A DNA stretch of 64,000 bases from a virus. The notes beneath the pieces were generated by a model, which was given only the letters and a program-made list of their open reading frames with translations, searched no databases and had not been told where the DNA came from. The translations under genes and the position numbers were made by a program. Shown in pieces: positions 1-9,618 of the stretch. The DNA lies in the IMG/VR virus record IMGVR_UViG_3300012936_000001, positions 1 to 64,000 of that record. One strand, written 5' to 3'. Position 1 is the first letter of the stretch; each line of letters begins with the position of its first letter.

Positions 1-2
1 AA

Positions 3-68
3 CAGGAACAGATTGCAGTTGATAACGAAATCAGAAATAAAAAACCTTATAAGAGATACACAGAATGA
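3..68 (+). CDS. 3' end of an upstream CDS (partial), possibly a glycosyltransferase
   Basis: Open frame QEQIAVDNEIRNKKPYKRYTE* ends at TGA 66-68 and overlaps the next ATG (ATGA coupling). The function is a guess from context. Confidence 0.5.
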   Translation, partial: QEQIAVDNEIRNKKPYKRYTE

Positions 69-823
69 TTACTTTTTCTCAATTAGGAAAGTACGGCCGC
101 TTAGGAAATCAAATGTTTCAATACGCAGCACTGTATGGAACCGGTTTTATTAGAGGCTATGAAATAGGAATTCCAGATGACTGTGAACTAAGAGATGTTT
201 TTAATCTAGGTTCTGCAAAAAAGATACAATCTCCACAATTTGTTTATCAGGAACCTAGTTTTCATTATGACCCTCATGTATGGCTTATTAGGGACAAGAC
301 TGATCTCATAGGTTATTTTCAATCACCACGCTACTGGAAACATTGTATAAAGGACATCGGGAAAGAATTTGCTTTTCAAGAACACATAGAGACAAAAGCA
401 AACGATTGGATAGAACAAAATGTTGGTGACACTATATTTTGCAGTATACATGTCCGCAGAGGGGACTATGTAAATCTTGCTGATACACATACGAATCTTC
501 CAATAGAATGGTATCAAATAGCAGTCGATATAATAGAGGAAAACATCAAAGATCCAAATAAAAAATTCTTTATATTTTCTGATGATCCAGAATGGTGTAA
601 AAGAAAATTTGTTGGCGCAAATGTAGTTGAAGGAAATTCAGGCCCACTAGATCTTTGCATAATGAGCAAAGCAAAAATTCATATAATAGCAAACTCTTCT
701 TTTTCTTGGTGGGCGGCAACTTTAAGCGGGTCTCGAGCAGTCATAGCTCCAAAGCAATGGTTCGGTGCAAAAGGCCCAAACAACTGGGATTCGATATACA
801 TGAAGGAGTGGCTAAGACTATGA
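65..823 (+). CDS. GT11 alpha-1,2-fucosyl/colitosyltransferase
   Basis: GT11 motifs GRLGNQMFQYA, GYFQS, HVRRGDY, FSDD and IIANSSFSWWAA. Confidence 0.93.
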   Translation: MITFSQLGKYGRLGNQMFQYAALYGTGFIRGYEIGIPDDCELRDVFNLGSAKKIQSPQFVYQEPSFHYDPHVWLIRDKTDLIGYFQSPRYWKHCIKDIGKEFAFQEHIETKANDWIEQNVGDTIFCSIHVRRGDYVNLADTHTNLPIEWYQIAVDIIEENIKDPNKKFFIFSDDPEWCKRKFVGANVVEGNSGPLDLCIMSKAKIHIIANSSFSWWAATLSGSRAVIAPKQWFGAKGPNNWDSIYMKEWLRL

Positions 824-1545
824 AAACATGCATAGTATTTATTGGTACAAACAAATATTCTGATTTTTTTTCGGGATATTACAAGGCATGCAAAGACTAT
901 TTTTTGCCAAAACACGAAAAAACGTTTCTTGTATTTACTGATCAACCTAAGAAAGAATATTATCAAAAACCCGATGTACATGTTAATGAAATAACACATG
1001 TTGGATGGCCATGGATTACGTTACATAGATTCAAGTTCATGAATTCTAGAAATGAATTTTTGGCTAACTTTGATTATGTTTTTTTTATAGACGCAGATCT
1101 TTGGCCATGCTCAAAAATAGACGACAAAATATTAGATCATGATTACAGTTTTATAGGAGTTCAGCACCCAGGATTTGTTGATAGAATAGGCACCTTTGAA
1201 ACAAACACTAGATCAAATGCAAATATATTTGATTCTCAGTATGATCTTTCAAAATATAGGCAAGGCTGCTTTTGGGGAGGAAAAGCCGATAAAATTATAG
1301 AAATGATCGGCATTTTGGATAAAAAGGTTGATGAAGATACAGAAAACGACGTTGTCGCAATCTGGCATGATGAAAGCCACATGAATAAATATTTTTTGCA
1401 AAACAACAAAGATGTTTTTACCCTACATCCAGGCTATGCAACGCCGCAACAAGGATACGAAAATATCAAGTCAAATTATAAGACAATGATGGTTCATCTA
1501 CATAAAGACATTAATGAATTTCCTAGATTTGAAGGTGTAAAATGA
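820..1545 (+). CDS. GT6 (ABO-like) alpha-1,3-glycosyltransferase
   Basis: FIGTNKY N-terminus, VFTD, WPWITLHRF, DAD (DXD), QHPGF, QGCFWGG and WHDESHMNKYF. Start moved to ATG 820 (ATGA overlap with the GT11 stop). Confidence 0.92.
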   Translation: MKTCIVFIGTNKYSDFFSGYYKACKDYFLPKHEKTFLVFTDQPKKEYYQKPDVHVNEITHVGWPWITLHRFKFMNSRNEFLANFDYVFFIDADLWPCSKIDDKILDHDYSFIGVQHPGFVDRIGTFETNTRSNANIFDSQYDLSKYRQGCFWGGKADKIIEMIGILDKKVDEDTENDVVAIWHDESHMNKYFLQNNKDVFTLHPGYATPQQGYENIKSNYKTMMVHLHKDINEFPRFEGVK

Positions 1546-2477
1546 AAATATGTATTATTGGCCCTGGAATCTTACCTATCCCTCCTAGTGGTTGGGGAGC
1601 TGTAGAAATTCTGATAGATGATTACAGAAAAAATTTAGAAAAATTAGGACATGAAGTTTTTATAGTAAATACAACAGTACGTCAACACATTATTGGACTT
1701 ACTAACGCTTTGAGCCCGGATTTTGTACACATACAGTATGATGACTTTGTACACATTATTCCATACATTGAGTGCAAAAACGTTGCTATAACTAGTCACT
1801 ACGGATACATAGAACAACCTGATAGGTGGGATTCTCATTATAGAAAAATATTTTGGGACTTTGTAAATTCAACCGCAAAGTTGTTTTGCTTGTCTCCCGG
1901 TATTGCGGAAGTGTACCGAAAAGCAAACGTGCCAGAAGATCGTCTTTTTGTCACGCCAAATGGCGTTAGAACAGATCTATTTAGATTTGCAGACAAACCA
2001 AAACATTCAAATCGATCTATGTATCTTGCAAAAATAGACTATAGAAAAAGACAACACATATATCAGAATATTCCCGATTTGTACTTCGCCGGCGGTTGCC
2101 ATGATGATAGATTCGATAAAAACAACCCAAGGTATCTAGGTCACTGGAGCAAAGAAAAGTTATATAACTCTTTGACAGAATACGCAAATCTTGTTTTGTT
2201 ATCAGATGGGGAAGCTCATCCTCTGGTATGCATGGAAGCATTAGCTGCTGGATTAGGGTTAGTGATTAGTGAATGTGCAGCTGCAAATCTTGATTTGTCT
2301 CTACCATTTATCGATGTGATTCCTGATAAGCGCTTGGATGATACGGCGTATGTCGAACAAATTATAAATTCCAATAAAACAACAAGCATCTCAATGCGTC
2401 ACGATATACGAAAATATGCTGAGACTTTTAGTTGGGAAACCACAGTAGCTGGTGCTTACACAAGTTCTATACAATAA
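1542..2477 (+). CDS. GT4-family (GT-B) glycosyltransferase
   Basis: IPPSGWGAVE N-terminal motif, TPNGV, and an EAHPLVCMEALAAGL E-x7-E motif. Confidence 0.85.
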   Translation: MKICIIGPGILPIPPSGWGAVEILIDDYRKNLEKLGHEVFIVNTTVRQHIIGLTNALSPDFVHIQYDDFVHIIPYIECKNVAITSHYGYIEQPDRWDSHYRKIFWDFVNSTAKLFCLSPGIAEVYRKANVPEDRLFVTPNGVRTDLFRFADKPKHSNRSMYLAKIDYRKRQHIYQNIPDLYFAGGCHDDRFDKNNPRYLGHWSKEKLYNSLTEYANLVLLSDGEAHPLVCMEALAAGLGLVISECAAANLDLSLPFIDVIPDKRLDDTAYVEQIINSNKTTSISMRHDIRKYAETFSWETTVAGAYTSSIQ

Positions 2478-2487
2478 AGGAAAAAAT

Positions 2488-3333
2488 ATGGAAGGATATA
2501 TCTTAATGGGCTTCGGAAAGAAGTACGTCGATGAATGTAGAATGGCAGTGGACATGATTAACGTTTTTGATAAAAAACGTCCAAAGGCTATTATGACAAA
2601 TAAGTCAGATGAGGAATACGCAAGGTCTCTTGGTGTTTTTGATGATATTGTCATCGTTGATTTTGCAAAAGAACCATTGCTAGCTGCAGAAAATAATCCG
2701 CATAATTTGTACTGTGTAATTCCAAGAATATTAATGCCAAAGTATCTGCCATACGAAAAAACAATAGCTCTTGATTCCGATATCGTAACAATCAGTGATC
2801 CTTCTCATGTTTGGGATTTTTTCAATGCGACGAACCAGGCTTTTTCTTGCTGTGGTTATGACTATGAAAGAGTCTGGCATTGGGGAAGAATAGATGAGAT
2901 TATTGCAAAGTTTGGAAAATCTATTCCATCGATTCATGGCGGAGTTTTATATTTTAACAAATCACATCCAGATATGGGCAAATTTTTAAATGACTGTATC
3001 GATATATGTAAAAAATATGATCATTACGGTTGTCACAGATTTTTTAGAGGCGGAATGACTGATGAAGTAATATTCGCAATGGCCATGGCAAATCAGAATT
3101 ACAAGCCTTTGCACTACACAAAATTCCCAATAGTAAGTTTTAATTTGCCCCCAACCATATCTTTACCGTTTTATGGACAGACTCGAACGGGACATTCGCT
3201 CGATACAGTTACAAAAACAGAAAAGCCTACAGTTTTTAACCACATCTTTTTCCATGAAGCGGGTGGAGAACATTATTTTGAGTGGTATCTAAAATTTTAT
3301 GAACAAGTAACTGGAAAAAAACGTGAAGTATAA
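2488..3333 (+). CDS. GT-A fold (GT8-like) glycosyltransferase
   Basis: PYEKTIALDSD (DXD), HGGVLYF and TDE motifs. AAGGA SD before ATG 2488. Confidence 0.65.
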   Translation: MEGYILMGFGKKYVDECRMAVDMINVFDKKRPKAIMTNKSDEEYARSLGVFDDIVIVDFAKEPLLAAENNPHNLYCVIPRILMPKYLPYEKTIALDSDIVTISDPSHVWDFFNATNQAFSCCGYDYERVWHWGRIDEIIAKFGKSIPSIHGGVLYFNKSHPDMGKFLNDCIDICKKYDHYGCHRFFRGGMTDEVIFAMAMANQNYKPLHYTKFPIVSFNLPPTISLPFYGQTRTGHSLDTVTKTEKPTVFNHIFFHEAGGEHYFEWYLKFYEQVTGKKREV

Positions 3334-3901
3334 CGGCATATACGATAAAGTTGTATTTGTGTCGAAACCTAGGTGCGCCAGTACTGCAATATTCAATTAC
3401 ATATATGGTTGGGACGACGATTCAATGGGAACAAAACCATTATATCATCGTTCTGCAAAATATATGCGAAGCGCACTCGATGCAGATTGGAGTAATTTGG
3501 TAACTTTTGCTGTTGTGCGTTGTCCTATACAGTTAGTCACATCATGGTATGTTCATCATAAATTTGGACGGCCGCACAAACAGACAGGCCAATATTATCC
3601 AAGCGATATAAACAGATGGATTACAGATGGTTGTCCTACTCATTGGCAAGTAGATGAAAAAAATCCACTTATTCAGCATGTCTGGACACACGAAGATAAT
3701 GCTCAAATAGTCGATTATATTATCAGACTAGAAAATCCAGACTGGAAAGAATTTGAGAAAAAGACAGGCATTAACATGGAAAGTCTTCCAATAAGCAATG
3801 CCTCGCCAAAAATAAGTACAAAAAATTGTGTCTTAAGTGAAGAAAGTATAGGTAAAATAAAAAACTATTTTGAAAAAGACTTTGTGCTGTTTGGTTATTA
3901 G
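3323..3901 (+). CDS. Sulfotransferase (Sulfotransfer_2-like)
   Basis: 5'-PSB-like VFVSKPRCASTAI, 3'-PB-like FAVVRCPxxxxxSWY, VDYIIRLEN, and C-terminal FEKDFVLFGY. Confidence 0.75.
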   Translation: MKYNGIYDKVVFVSKPRCASTAIFNYIYGWDDDSMGTKPLYHRSAKYMRSALDADWSNLVTFAVVRCPIQLVTSWYVHHKFGRPHKQTGQYYPSDINRWITDGCPTHWQVDEKNPLIQHVWTHEDNAQIVDYIIRLENPDWKEFEKKTGINMESLPISNASPKISTKNCVLSEESIGKIKNYFEKDFVLFGY

Positions 3902-3911
3902 TATACTACAA

Positions 3912-3940
3912 TTGTACATCGAATGTTTTTACATTATAAT
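3912..3940 (+). promoter_or_regulatory. Sigma70-type promoter TTGTAC-N17-TATAAT
   Basis: Near-consensus -35, 17-nt spacer and perfect -10 in the gap before the second sulfotransferase. Confidence 0.7.
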
Positions 3941-3964
3941 TTTATCATTAAAAAGAGATGGCAT

Positions 3965-4600
3965 ATGTTAATGAGCAAAGATGCAAAAATATTCAATGAT
4001 CAAGGATTTGTTTTCATTTCTATTCCGAAAACAGCAACAAATAGTATTTGGAACACAGTACTAAGTGACCCTTCTTACAAACCGTTTCAGCATGCTTATG
4101 CAAAAAAAATTAAGCCAATTATTGAAAATCATTATCCATCTAGATGGGAAAGTCTTTACAAATTTGCCTGTGTAAGACATCCATACAGTATGCTAGTGTC
4201 ATGGTACAAATATCATAAATATCACGATGACATTAGTCAAAACGTAAAAAATTTCTATAACTGCACGTTTGATGAGTGGGCTAATGACAGAAATTTTGTT
4301 ACTCATTGGGAATGGGATATACACAGAAATTGGAATCCATTATGGACAGGCGAAAATCCATTGCATCAATGGAAATGGGTATATGAAAACGATAAGTGCA
4401 TAGTTGATAAGATTATACGTTATGAAAATTTAGAAAAAGATCTTGCTGATGTCGGTAAAAAAATACCGCTAATCAGGTCTCTGCAGAAACTTAACTATAG
4501 TAACAATAAAAAAATAGTATTATCAAAAAGAACAAAACAAAAAATAAACGACATGTTTAATAAAGACTTTGTAATTTTTGACTTTAAGGTGGAAGAATAA
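3965..4600 (+). CDS. Sulfotransferase (Sulfotransfer_2-like), paralog of the previous gene
   Basis: FISIPKTATNSI, FACVRHPYSMLVSWY, VDKIIRYENL and FNKDFVIFDF. Start at 3965 or 3971, downstream of the promoter. Confidence 0.8.
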   Translation: MLMSKDAKIFNDQGFVFISIPKTATNSIWNTVLSDPSYKPFQHAYAKKIKPIIENHYPSRWESLYKFACVRHPYSMLVSWYKYHKYHDDISQNVKNFYNCTFDEWANDRNFVTHWEWDIHRNWNPLWTGENPLHQWKWVYENDKCIVDKIIRYENLEKDLADVGKKIPLIRSLQKLNYSNNKKIVLSKRTKQKINDMFNKDFVIFDFKVEE

Positions 4601-4601
4601 A

Positions 4602-5390
4602 ATGAAAACTATGCTTGTTACAGCGCTTTTTGATATAGACAGACAACACCGCGGAGATGGCAGAAGTATTGTAAATTATCTTGAATGGTTTGCAAAAACA
4701 CTTGAGCTTCAGTGCGACATGACTGTTTATACAGAAAAAAGATTCAAAAATTTTGTACTAGACCATAGAAAGAACAACGGTTACACAACAAAAATAGTTG
4801 TACAAAAATTTAATGAAATACCTTTTTATAAGAACAAGGCAACAATCGATGACATAATTAGTACTGCACAATATAAAAACAGAATGGCATACGCCGGCCG
4901 ATTAGAATGCATTTTAGGTAATTATAACGTCGTTATATACTCTAAGTACGGTTGGCTATCTAGGGCTGTAGATGAAAATCCACAACATGATTATTTTTTG
5001 TGGGTTGACGCTGGTATTAGTAGATTCTTCGAAGGTTTTGACACCAGTCTTCCATGGCCAAACAGAAAAGCACTTGATAATAGTAAGTTTCTTATACAAG
5101 CAAATACAGAACACTTTGAAAATTTGCATGACAAACTTAGCATTGCATCCCACATGTGGGATGGCAGATCTATATTAGTTGCTACTTTGTTTGGTGGAGG
5201 CCGCGACATAATAAAAAACATGGAATACTTAATAAACGATTATTGTGCAAATGTACTTTTTAAGGACAATTGCATAAATAATGAACAGATCTGTATGGGA
5301 CTCATATGGCTTGATAATCCGGATATATTCGATGTTAGGAAGTTTTCCGGAAAAACATGGCTTCCTCTTTTCTTGGAATTAAGTAAGTGA
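4602..5390 (+). CDS. HtrL/YibB (WlaTC)-like glycosyltransferase
   Basis: TMLVTALFDIDR, YLEWF, YNVVIYSK, FLWVDAG, LFGG and NNEQ pattern. Confidence 0.65.
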   Translation: MKTMLVTALFDIDRQHRGDGRSIVNYLEWFAKTLELQCDMTVYTEKRFKNFVLDHRKNNGYTTKIVVQKFNEIPFYKNKATIDDIISTAQYKNRMAYAGRLECILGNYNVVIYSKYGWLSRAVDENPQHDYFLWVDAGISRFFEGFDTSLPWPNRKALDNSKFLIQANTEHFENLHDKLSIASHMWDGRSILVATLFGGGRDIIKNMEYLINDYCANVLFKDNCINNEQICMGLIWLDNPDIFDVRKFSGKTWLPLFLELSK

Positions 5391-6319
5391 GAATTCTAGT
5401 CACCGGTGGCACAGGAATGGTTGGTTCTGCTTTTACAAGAATAGAGACAGAACACGAACTTTTGTTGTATGGATCAAACGCTTATGATTTGCGCAGAGAG
5501 CAAGATGTATGTGATATGATATACCGCGCACATCCAGACGCAATTATTCATCTCGCAGCAAAAGTTGGAGGAGTTAAGGGAAACACCGATTATGTTGCAG
5601 ACTATTTTTATGACAACATGATCATGAATCTGAACATACTGAATACTGCTCGTATATATAAGATTCCAAAAGTTCTATCTTTGCTTTCAACATGTATATA
5701 TCCTGATAATGTTGAATACCCTTTAACGGAAGATCAGATACATACCGGAGAACCTCATGCCAGCAGTTTTGGATATGCCTATGCAAAAAGAATGTTGGAA
5801 ATTCATTCAAGGGCAATAAGAAGACAATATGGAATAAATTATATTACGGCTGTTCCAAACAACATATATGGACCTAATGATAACTTTGATTTAGAAAACT
5901 CTCACGTAGTTCCTGCTATTATAAGAAAACTGTATGACAAAAAACATAATCAAAAAACTCCAGTTTTTTGGGGATCTGGTAAGTCATTGAGAGAATTTAC
6001 TTATTCTGAAGACATTGCTCGAGCATTATTAATGCTGCTAGAAAATTATGATGGCGAAGAACCTATCAATATTGGTAACCCAAATGAAATAGCAATATTT
6101 GATCTGGTCGGACTGATATCCAATGTTATGGGCGTTGACTTTCCGGATGAATCTTGGGATACTTCTATGCCAGAAGGCCAGTACAGAAAGCCGTCTTGTA
6201 ACAAAAAATTTATAAACATGTTTCCCGACTTTGAATATACGACCCTATCAGACGGGATTAGTATGACAATAGATTGGTTTAACAAAAATTACCCAGATGT
6301 TAGAGGTGTACGTGATTGA
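5387..6319 (+). CDS. GDP-4-keto-6-deoxymannose epimerase-reductase (Fcl/WcaG family; possibly ColC GDP-colitose synthase)
   Basis: GGTGMVG, HLAAKVGG, LSTCIYP, YAYAK, NIYGPNDNF, SHVVPA and WGSGKSLREF. Confidence 0.9.
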   Translation: MRILVTGGTGMVGSAFTRIETEHELLLYGSNAYDLRREQDVCDMIYRAHPDAIIHLAAKVGGVKGNTDYVADYFYDNMIMNLNILNTARIYKIPKVLSLLSTCIYPDNVEYPLTEDQIHTGEPHASSFGYAYAKRMLEIHSRAIRRQYGINYITAVPNNIYGPNDNFDLENSHVVPAIIRKLYDKKHNQKTPVFWGSGKSLREFTYSEDIARALLMLLENYDGEEPINIGNPNEIAIFDLVGLISNVMGVDFPDESWDTSMPEGQYRKPSCNKKFINMFPDFEYTTLSDGISMTIDWFNKNYPDVRGVRD

Positions 6320-7460
6320 CTTGGTAAAAGATACTATTACAAAGGAAGATCGAGAAGCTTTGGCAGGTTGGATTCTATCAGACCCTAAACTGACCAAGGG
6401 AGATCTTACTGTTCAATTTGAAGAAGAGTGGTCATCTTGGTTGGGAACAAAACATTCCGTATTCGTAAATTCTGGTTCCAGTGCAAATCTTCTAATGGCA
6501 TCAGTTCTGTTAGAGTCTGGAAAACTGCGCAATAAAAAAATAATTGTGCCGGCCGTTAGTTGGGCTACGACCGTCGCACCATTTATTCAGCTTGGATTTG
6601 AGCCAATAATGTGTGACTGCGACATGGCCAATCTAGGATTAGATGTAAATCATTTTGAAAGATTAGTCAAAGAGCATAATCCATCATCAGTTATAATTGT
6701 TCATGTTCTAGGTTATCCTAATAACATGAAAAAAATAATGGATACATGCAAAAAATACGATATTTTCCTTTTGGAAGATTGTTGTGAAGCTCATGGTTGT
6801 GAATATGACGGACAAAAAGTAGGAACATTTGGATGCATGTCTTCGTTTTCATTCTACTATGGTCACCACATGTCTACAATAGAAGGTGGTATGGTTTCTA
6901 TGAACAGCAAAGAATTTTTAGATCTGTCTCTTATGATAAGATCCCATGGGTGGATTCGAGACTTAGACGAATATTCCAAAAATTCGTGCATAGAAAATTA
7001 CGGCCTAGATGATTTCGAGGCCCTTTATTCTTTTCTTGTTCCTGGATATAATATTAGATCGACAGACCTAAATGCTTTTTTGGGTATTAGGCAACTGAAG
7101 AGATTAGATGAAACAATCGCCGCAAGAAGAAAAATTCTTTCTGTATACAGCAAAAATTTATCGGAGAAAATCTGGACACAGAGTTGCAAATTATCGAATC
7201 CTTCCCCTTTGGCTTTCGGTATTATATCAGCAGCAAAGGATAACATTGTCAAAAATTTACAAAAAGACAACATCGCATGTCGTCCCCTTATTTGTGGATC
7301 CATAGCAGAACATCCGTTTTGGTATATGAGATACGGCAGCGACAACGATTGTGAGAACGCAAAATCTGTGCATAAAAACGGTCTATATATTCCTTGTCAT
7401 CAATCTATGACTTTGGAAGAAACGGAATTTATTTGCAAAATAATACTGGAGAGTATATGA
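6312..7460 (+). CDS. colD: ColD-like GDP-4-keto-6-deoxy-D-mannose 3-dehydratase (DegT/DnrJ PLP family)
   Basis: FVNSGSSANL and LEDCCEAHG. SFYYGHHMSTIEGG has His in place of the PLP lysine. RSHGWIRDL is present and the Fe-S Cys cluster of RfbH/E1 is absent. GTG 6312 has a GAGG SD. Confidence 0.75.
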   Translation: MIDLVKDTITKEDREALAGWILSDPKLTKGDLTVQFEEEWSSWLGTKHSVFVNSGSSANLLMASVLLESGKLRNKKIIVPAVSWATTVAPFIQLGFEPIMCDCDMANLGLDVNHFERLVKEHNPSSVIIVHVLGYPNNMKKIMDTCKKYDIFLLEDCCEAHGCEYDGQKVGTFGCMSSFSFYYGHHMSTIEGGMVSMNSKEFLDLSLMIRSHGWIRDLDEYSKNSCIENYGLDDFEALYSFLVPGYNIRSTDLNAFLGIRQLKRLDETIAARRKILSVYSKNLSEKIWTQSCKLSNPSPLAFGIISAAKDNIVKNLQKDNIACRPLICGSIAEHPFWYMRYGSDNDCENAKSVHKNGLYIPCHQSMTLEETEFICKIILESI

Positions 7461-8356
7461 AATATTTAGTAACCGGTGGATGCGGATTTATCGGAAGCAA
7501 CTTGATAAAATCCCTTATTATGGACGACACCACGTTCGTTTATTGTGTTGACAACGAGTCGGGAGGAGATCAAAAATTAGATCATCCTAAAGTAAGATAT
7601 TTCAAAGAGGATATATCAGATTACAAAACGATGGATGTTATTTTCAATGCTCTACGGCCAGATTATGTTTTTCACATGGCCGCTGAGTCTCGTGTTGGAA
7701 CGTGTGAAGAGACCCCAGAAAAAGCAATTAACACTAACATACTAGGCACACTCAATGTATTGAGATTAGCAAAAAAATACGGTACAAAAAGAGTAATATA
7801 CTCTTCCACGTCTGCAACATACGGCAGAACAAAAGAACTTCCTACTTCCGAACATCAACCATCTGATAATTTGGGAGTGTATTCTGTGACAAAAATAGCG
7901 GGAGAAGATCTTTGCATGATGTATTATAAGACCCACGGACTGGATACGGTTGCTTTACGATACTTTAATGTTTTTGGAGAAGGCATGCCAGAAAAGGGAC
8001 AATATGCTCCGGTAATTGCAATATTTTTAAAGCAACGAAGAGAAGGCAAGGATCTCACGGTTGTAGGCGACGGAAGCCAAACAAGAGATTTTGTTTATGT
8101 AAAAGATGTAGTTAATGCCAATATTTTATCTGCATATGCTCCATCGATTCAGGTATCTGGAAAAATAATGAACGTTGGCACTTCTACCTCTTATAGTGTA
8201 CTGCAGATTGCAGAAGCTATATCTGATAAAATAAAATATATTCCACCTAGACCCGGAGAAAGTCCAAATACCCTTGCAGATTCAACGTTGCTCAGATCTG
8301 CCACTGGATGGAAATCAACTGTAGACGTCATCGATTGGATAAAGGATACCAAATGA
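7457..8356 (+). CDS. NAD-dependent nucleotide-sugar epimerase/dehydratase (extended SDR)
   Basis: GGCGFIG, YSSTSATYG, YSVTK (YxxxK), LRYFNVFG and GDGSQTRDFVYV. Confidence 0.9.
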   Translation: MKYLVTGGCGFIGSNLIKSLIMDDTTFVYCVDNESGGDQKLDHPKVRYFKEDISDYKTMDVIFNALRPDYVFHMAAESRVGTCEETPEKAINTNILGTLNVLRLAKKYGTKRVIYSSTSATYGRTKELPTSEHQPSDNLGVYSVTKIAGEDLCMMYYKTHGLDTVALRYFNVFGEGMPEKGQYAPVIAIFLKQRREGKDLTVVGDGSQTRDFVYVKDVVNANILSAYAPSIQVSGKIMNVGTSTSYSVLQIAEAISDKIKYIPPRPGESPNTLADSTLLRSATGWKSTVDVIDWIKDTK

Positions 8357-8535
8357 ATAAAGAAGACATAAATAAATTACTCAATATAAGAAACAAAATA
8401 ATCGGTTCTTATAATGCACTCGAACATAAAAACGAACCGCATGCAATTATTTCACAGAAAAAAGTCGCACAAGAATTTGAACTTTTGATTAAAATGATTG
8501 ATAATATACTAGAAGGAAAAGTTAAATTTACATAA
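8353..8535 (+). CDS. Small hypothetical protein
   Basis: ATGA-coupled, AAGGA SD, and fills the gap between the epimerase and gmd. Confidence 0.6.
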   Translation: MNKEDINKLLNIRNKIIGSYNALEHKNEPHAIISQKKVAQEFELLIKMIDNILEGKVKFT

Positions 8536-8544
8536 GGCTTTATA

Positions 8545-9576
8545 ATGAAAACTGCTCTAATTACCGGGATCACAGGTCAAGATGGATCTTATCTATGTGA
8601 TCTCCTACTTTCAAAAGGATATAGAGTCATTGGAATAAAAAGAAGGACCAGTATATTGTCAACCAATAGAATAGACAAAAATTTTACTGACCCAAATCTT
8701 ATAATTCACTATGGCTCCTTGCATGAATCAAGTTGGATGTATAGGCTATTGTCCGAGTATAAACCAGATGAAATATATAACTTGGCTGCGCAAAGCCACG
8801 TAAAAGTTTCTTTCGAGTGTCCGCTAGAGACAGTTGACATTGTTGCAAACGGTACCCTAAGGCTATTGGAGGCGGTCCGCCAAGTATGCCCAACTGCAAA
8901 ATTCTATCAGGCTTCTTCTTCAGAAATGTTTGGCGATAATCCAGAGAATCCTCAAAATGAATCAACCGTATTGATGCCAGCGTCTCCATATGCATGTGCA
9001 AAAGTCTTTTCACATAATCTAATAAGAAATTATAGAAAGTCGTATGGTATGTTCTGTTGCTCCGGAATATTATTTAATCATGAGTCTCCGAGAAGAGGTG
9101 AGACTTTTGTTACTAGGAAAATAACAACAGCGGCTGCAAGAATAAAACTCGGTCTACAAGACAAATTATACCTAGGTAACCTAGATGCCAAGCGTGATTG
9201 GGGTCACGCCAAGGATTATGTCAAAGCAATGTGGTTGATGTTGCAACAGGAGACCCCGGAAGATTTTGTAATTGCGACAGGAAAAACACATTCGGTAAGA
9301 GAATTTCTAGAACTGACTTTTAAGCATGCCGTGCTAGATATCGATAAATACGTAGAGATAGACTCTAGGTTATTTAGACCACATGAGGTACCGCTTTTGT
9401 TGGGAGACTCATCAAAGGCTAGAGAAAAATTAGGATGGGAACCTTATTACGATTTGCCAAAGCTAGTTACAGAAATGTATTCTTCAGATTTTAAGGAACA
9501 GTGTGCTGTTAAGATCGGACCAGATGGATTTGGTAGAATAGATCCTCTCGCTAGCTTGACAGAGCCAATATTTTAA
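8545..9576 (+). CDS. gmd: GDP-mannose 4,6-dehydratase
   Basis: [56 protein letters not shown] and [13 protein letters not shown]. Confidence 0.97.
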   Translation: MKTALITGITGQDGSYLCDLLLSKGYRVIGIKRRTSILSTNRIDKNFTDPNLIIHYGSLHESSWMYRLLSEYKPDEIYNLAAQSHVKVSFECPLETVDIVANGTLRLLEAVRQVCPTAKFYQASSSEMFGDNPENPQNESTVLMPASPYACAKVFSHNLIRNYRKSYGMFCCSGILFNHESPRRGETFVTRKITTAAARIKLGLQDKLYLGNLDAKRDWGHAKDYVKAMWLMLQQETPEDFVIATGKTHSVREFLELTFKHAVLDIDKYVEIDSRLFRPHEVPLLLGDSSKAREKLGWEPYYDLPKLVTEMYSSDFKEQCAVKIGPDGFGRIDPLASLTEPIF

Positions 9577-9618
9577 CATAAAGACACACTGATGTATGAT
9601 TATCAACAAGAGGTGAGA

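Noticed and set aside
6312-7460. Perosamine synthase or RfbH (E1) assignment
   Set aside because: The catalytic Lys is replaced by His (not an aminotransferase), and the E1 Fe-S cysteine motif and extra length are absent.
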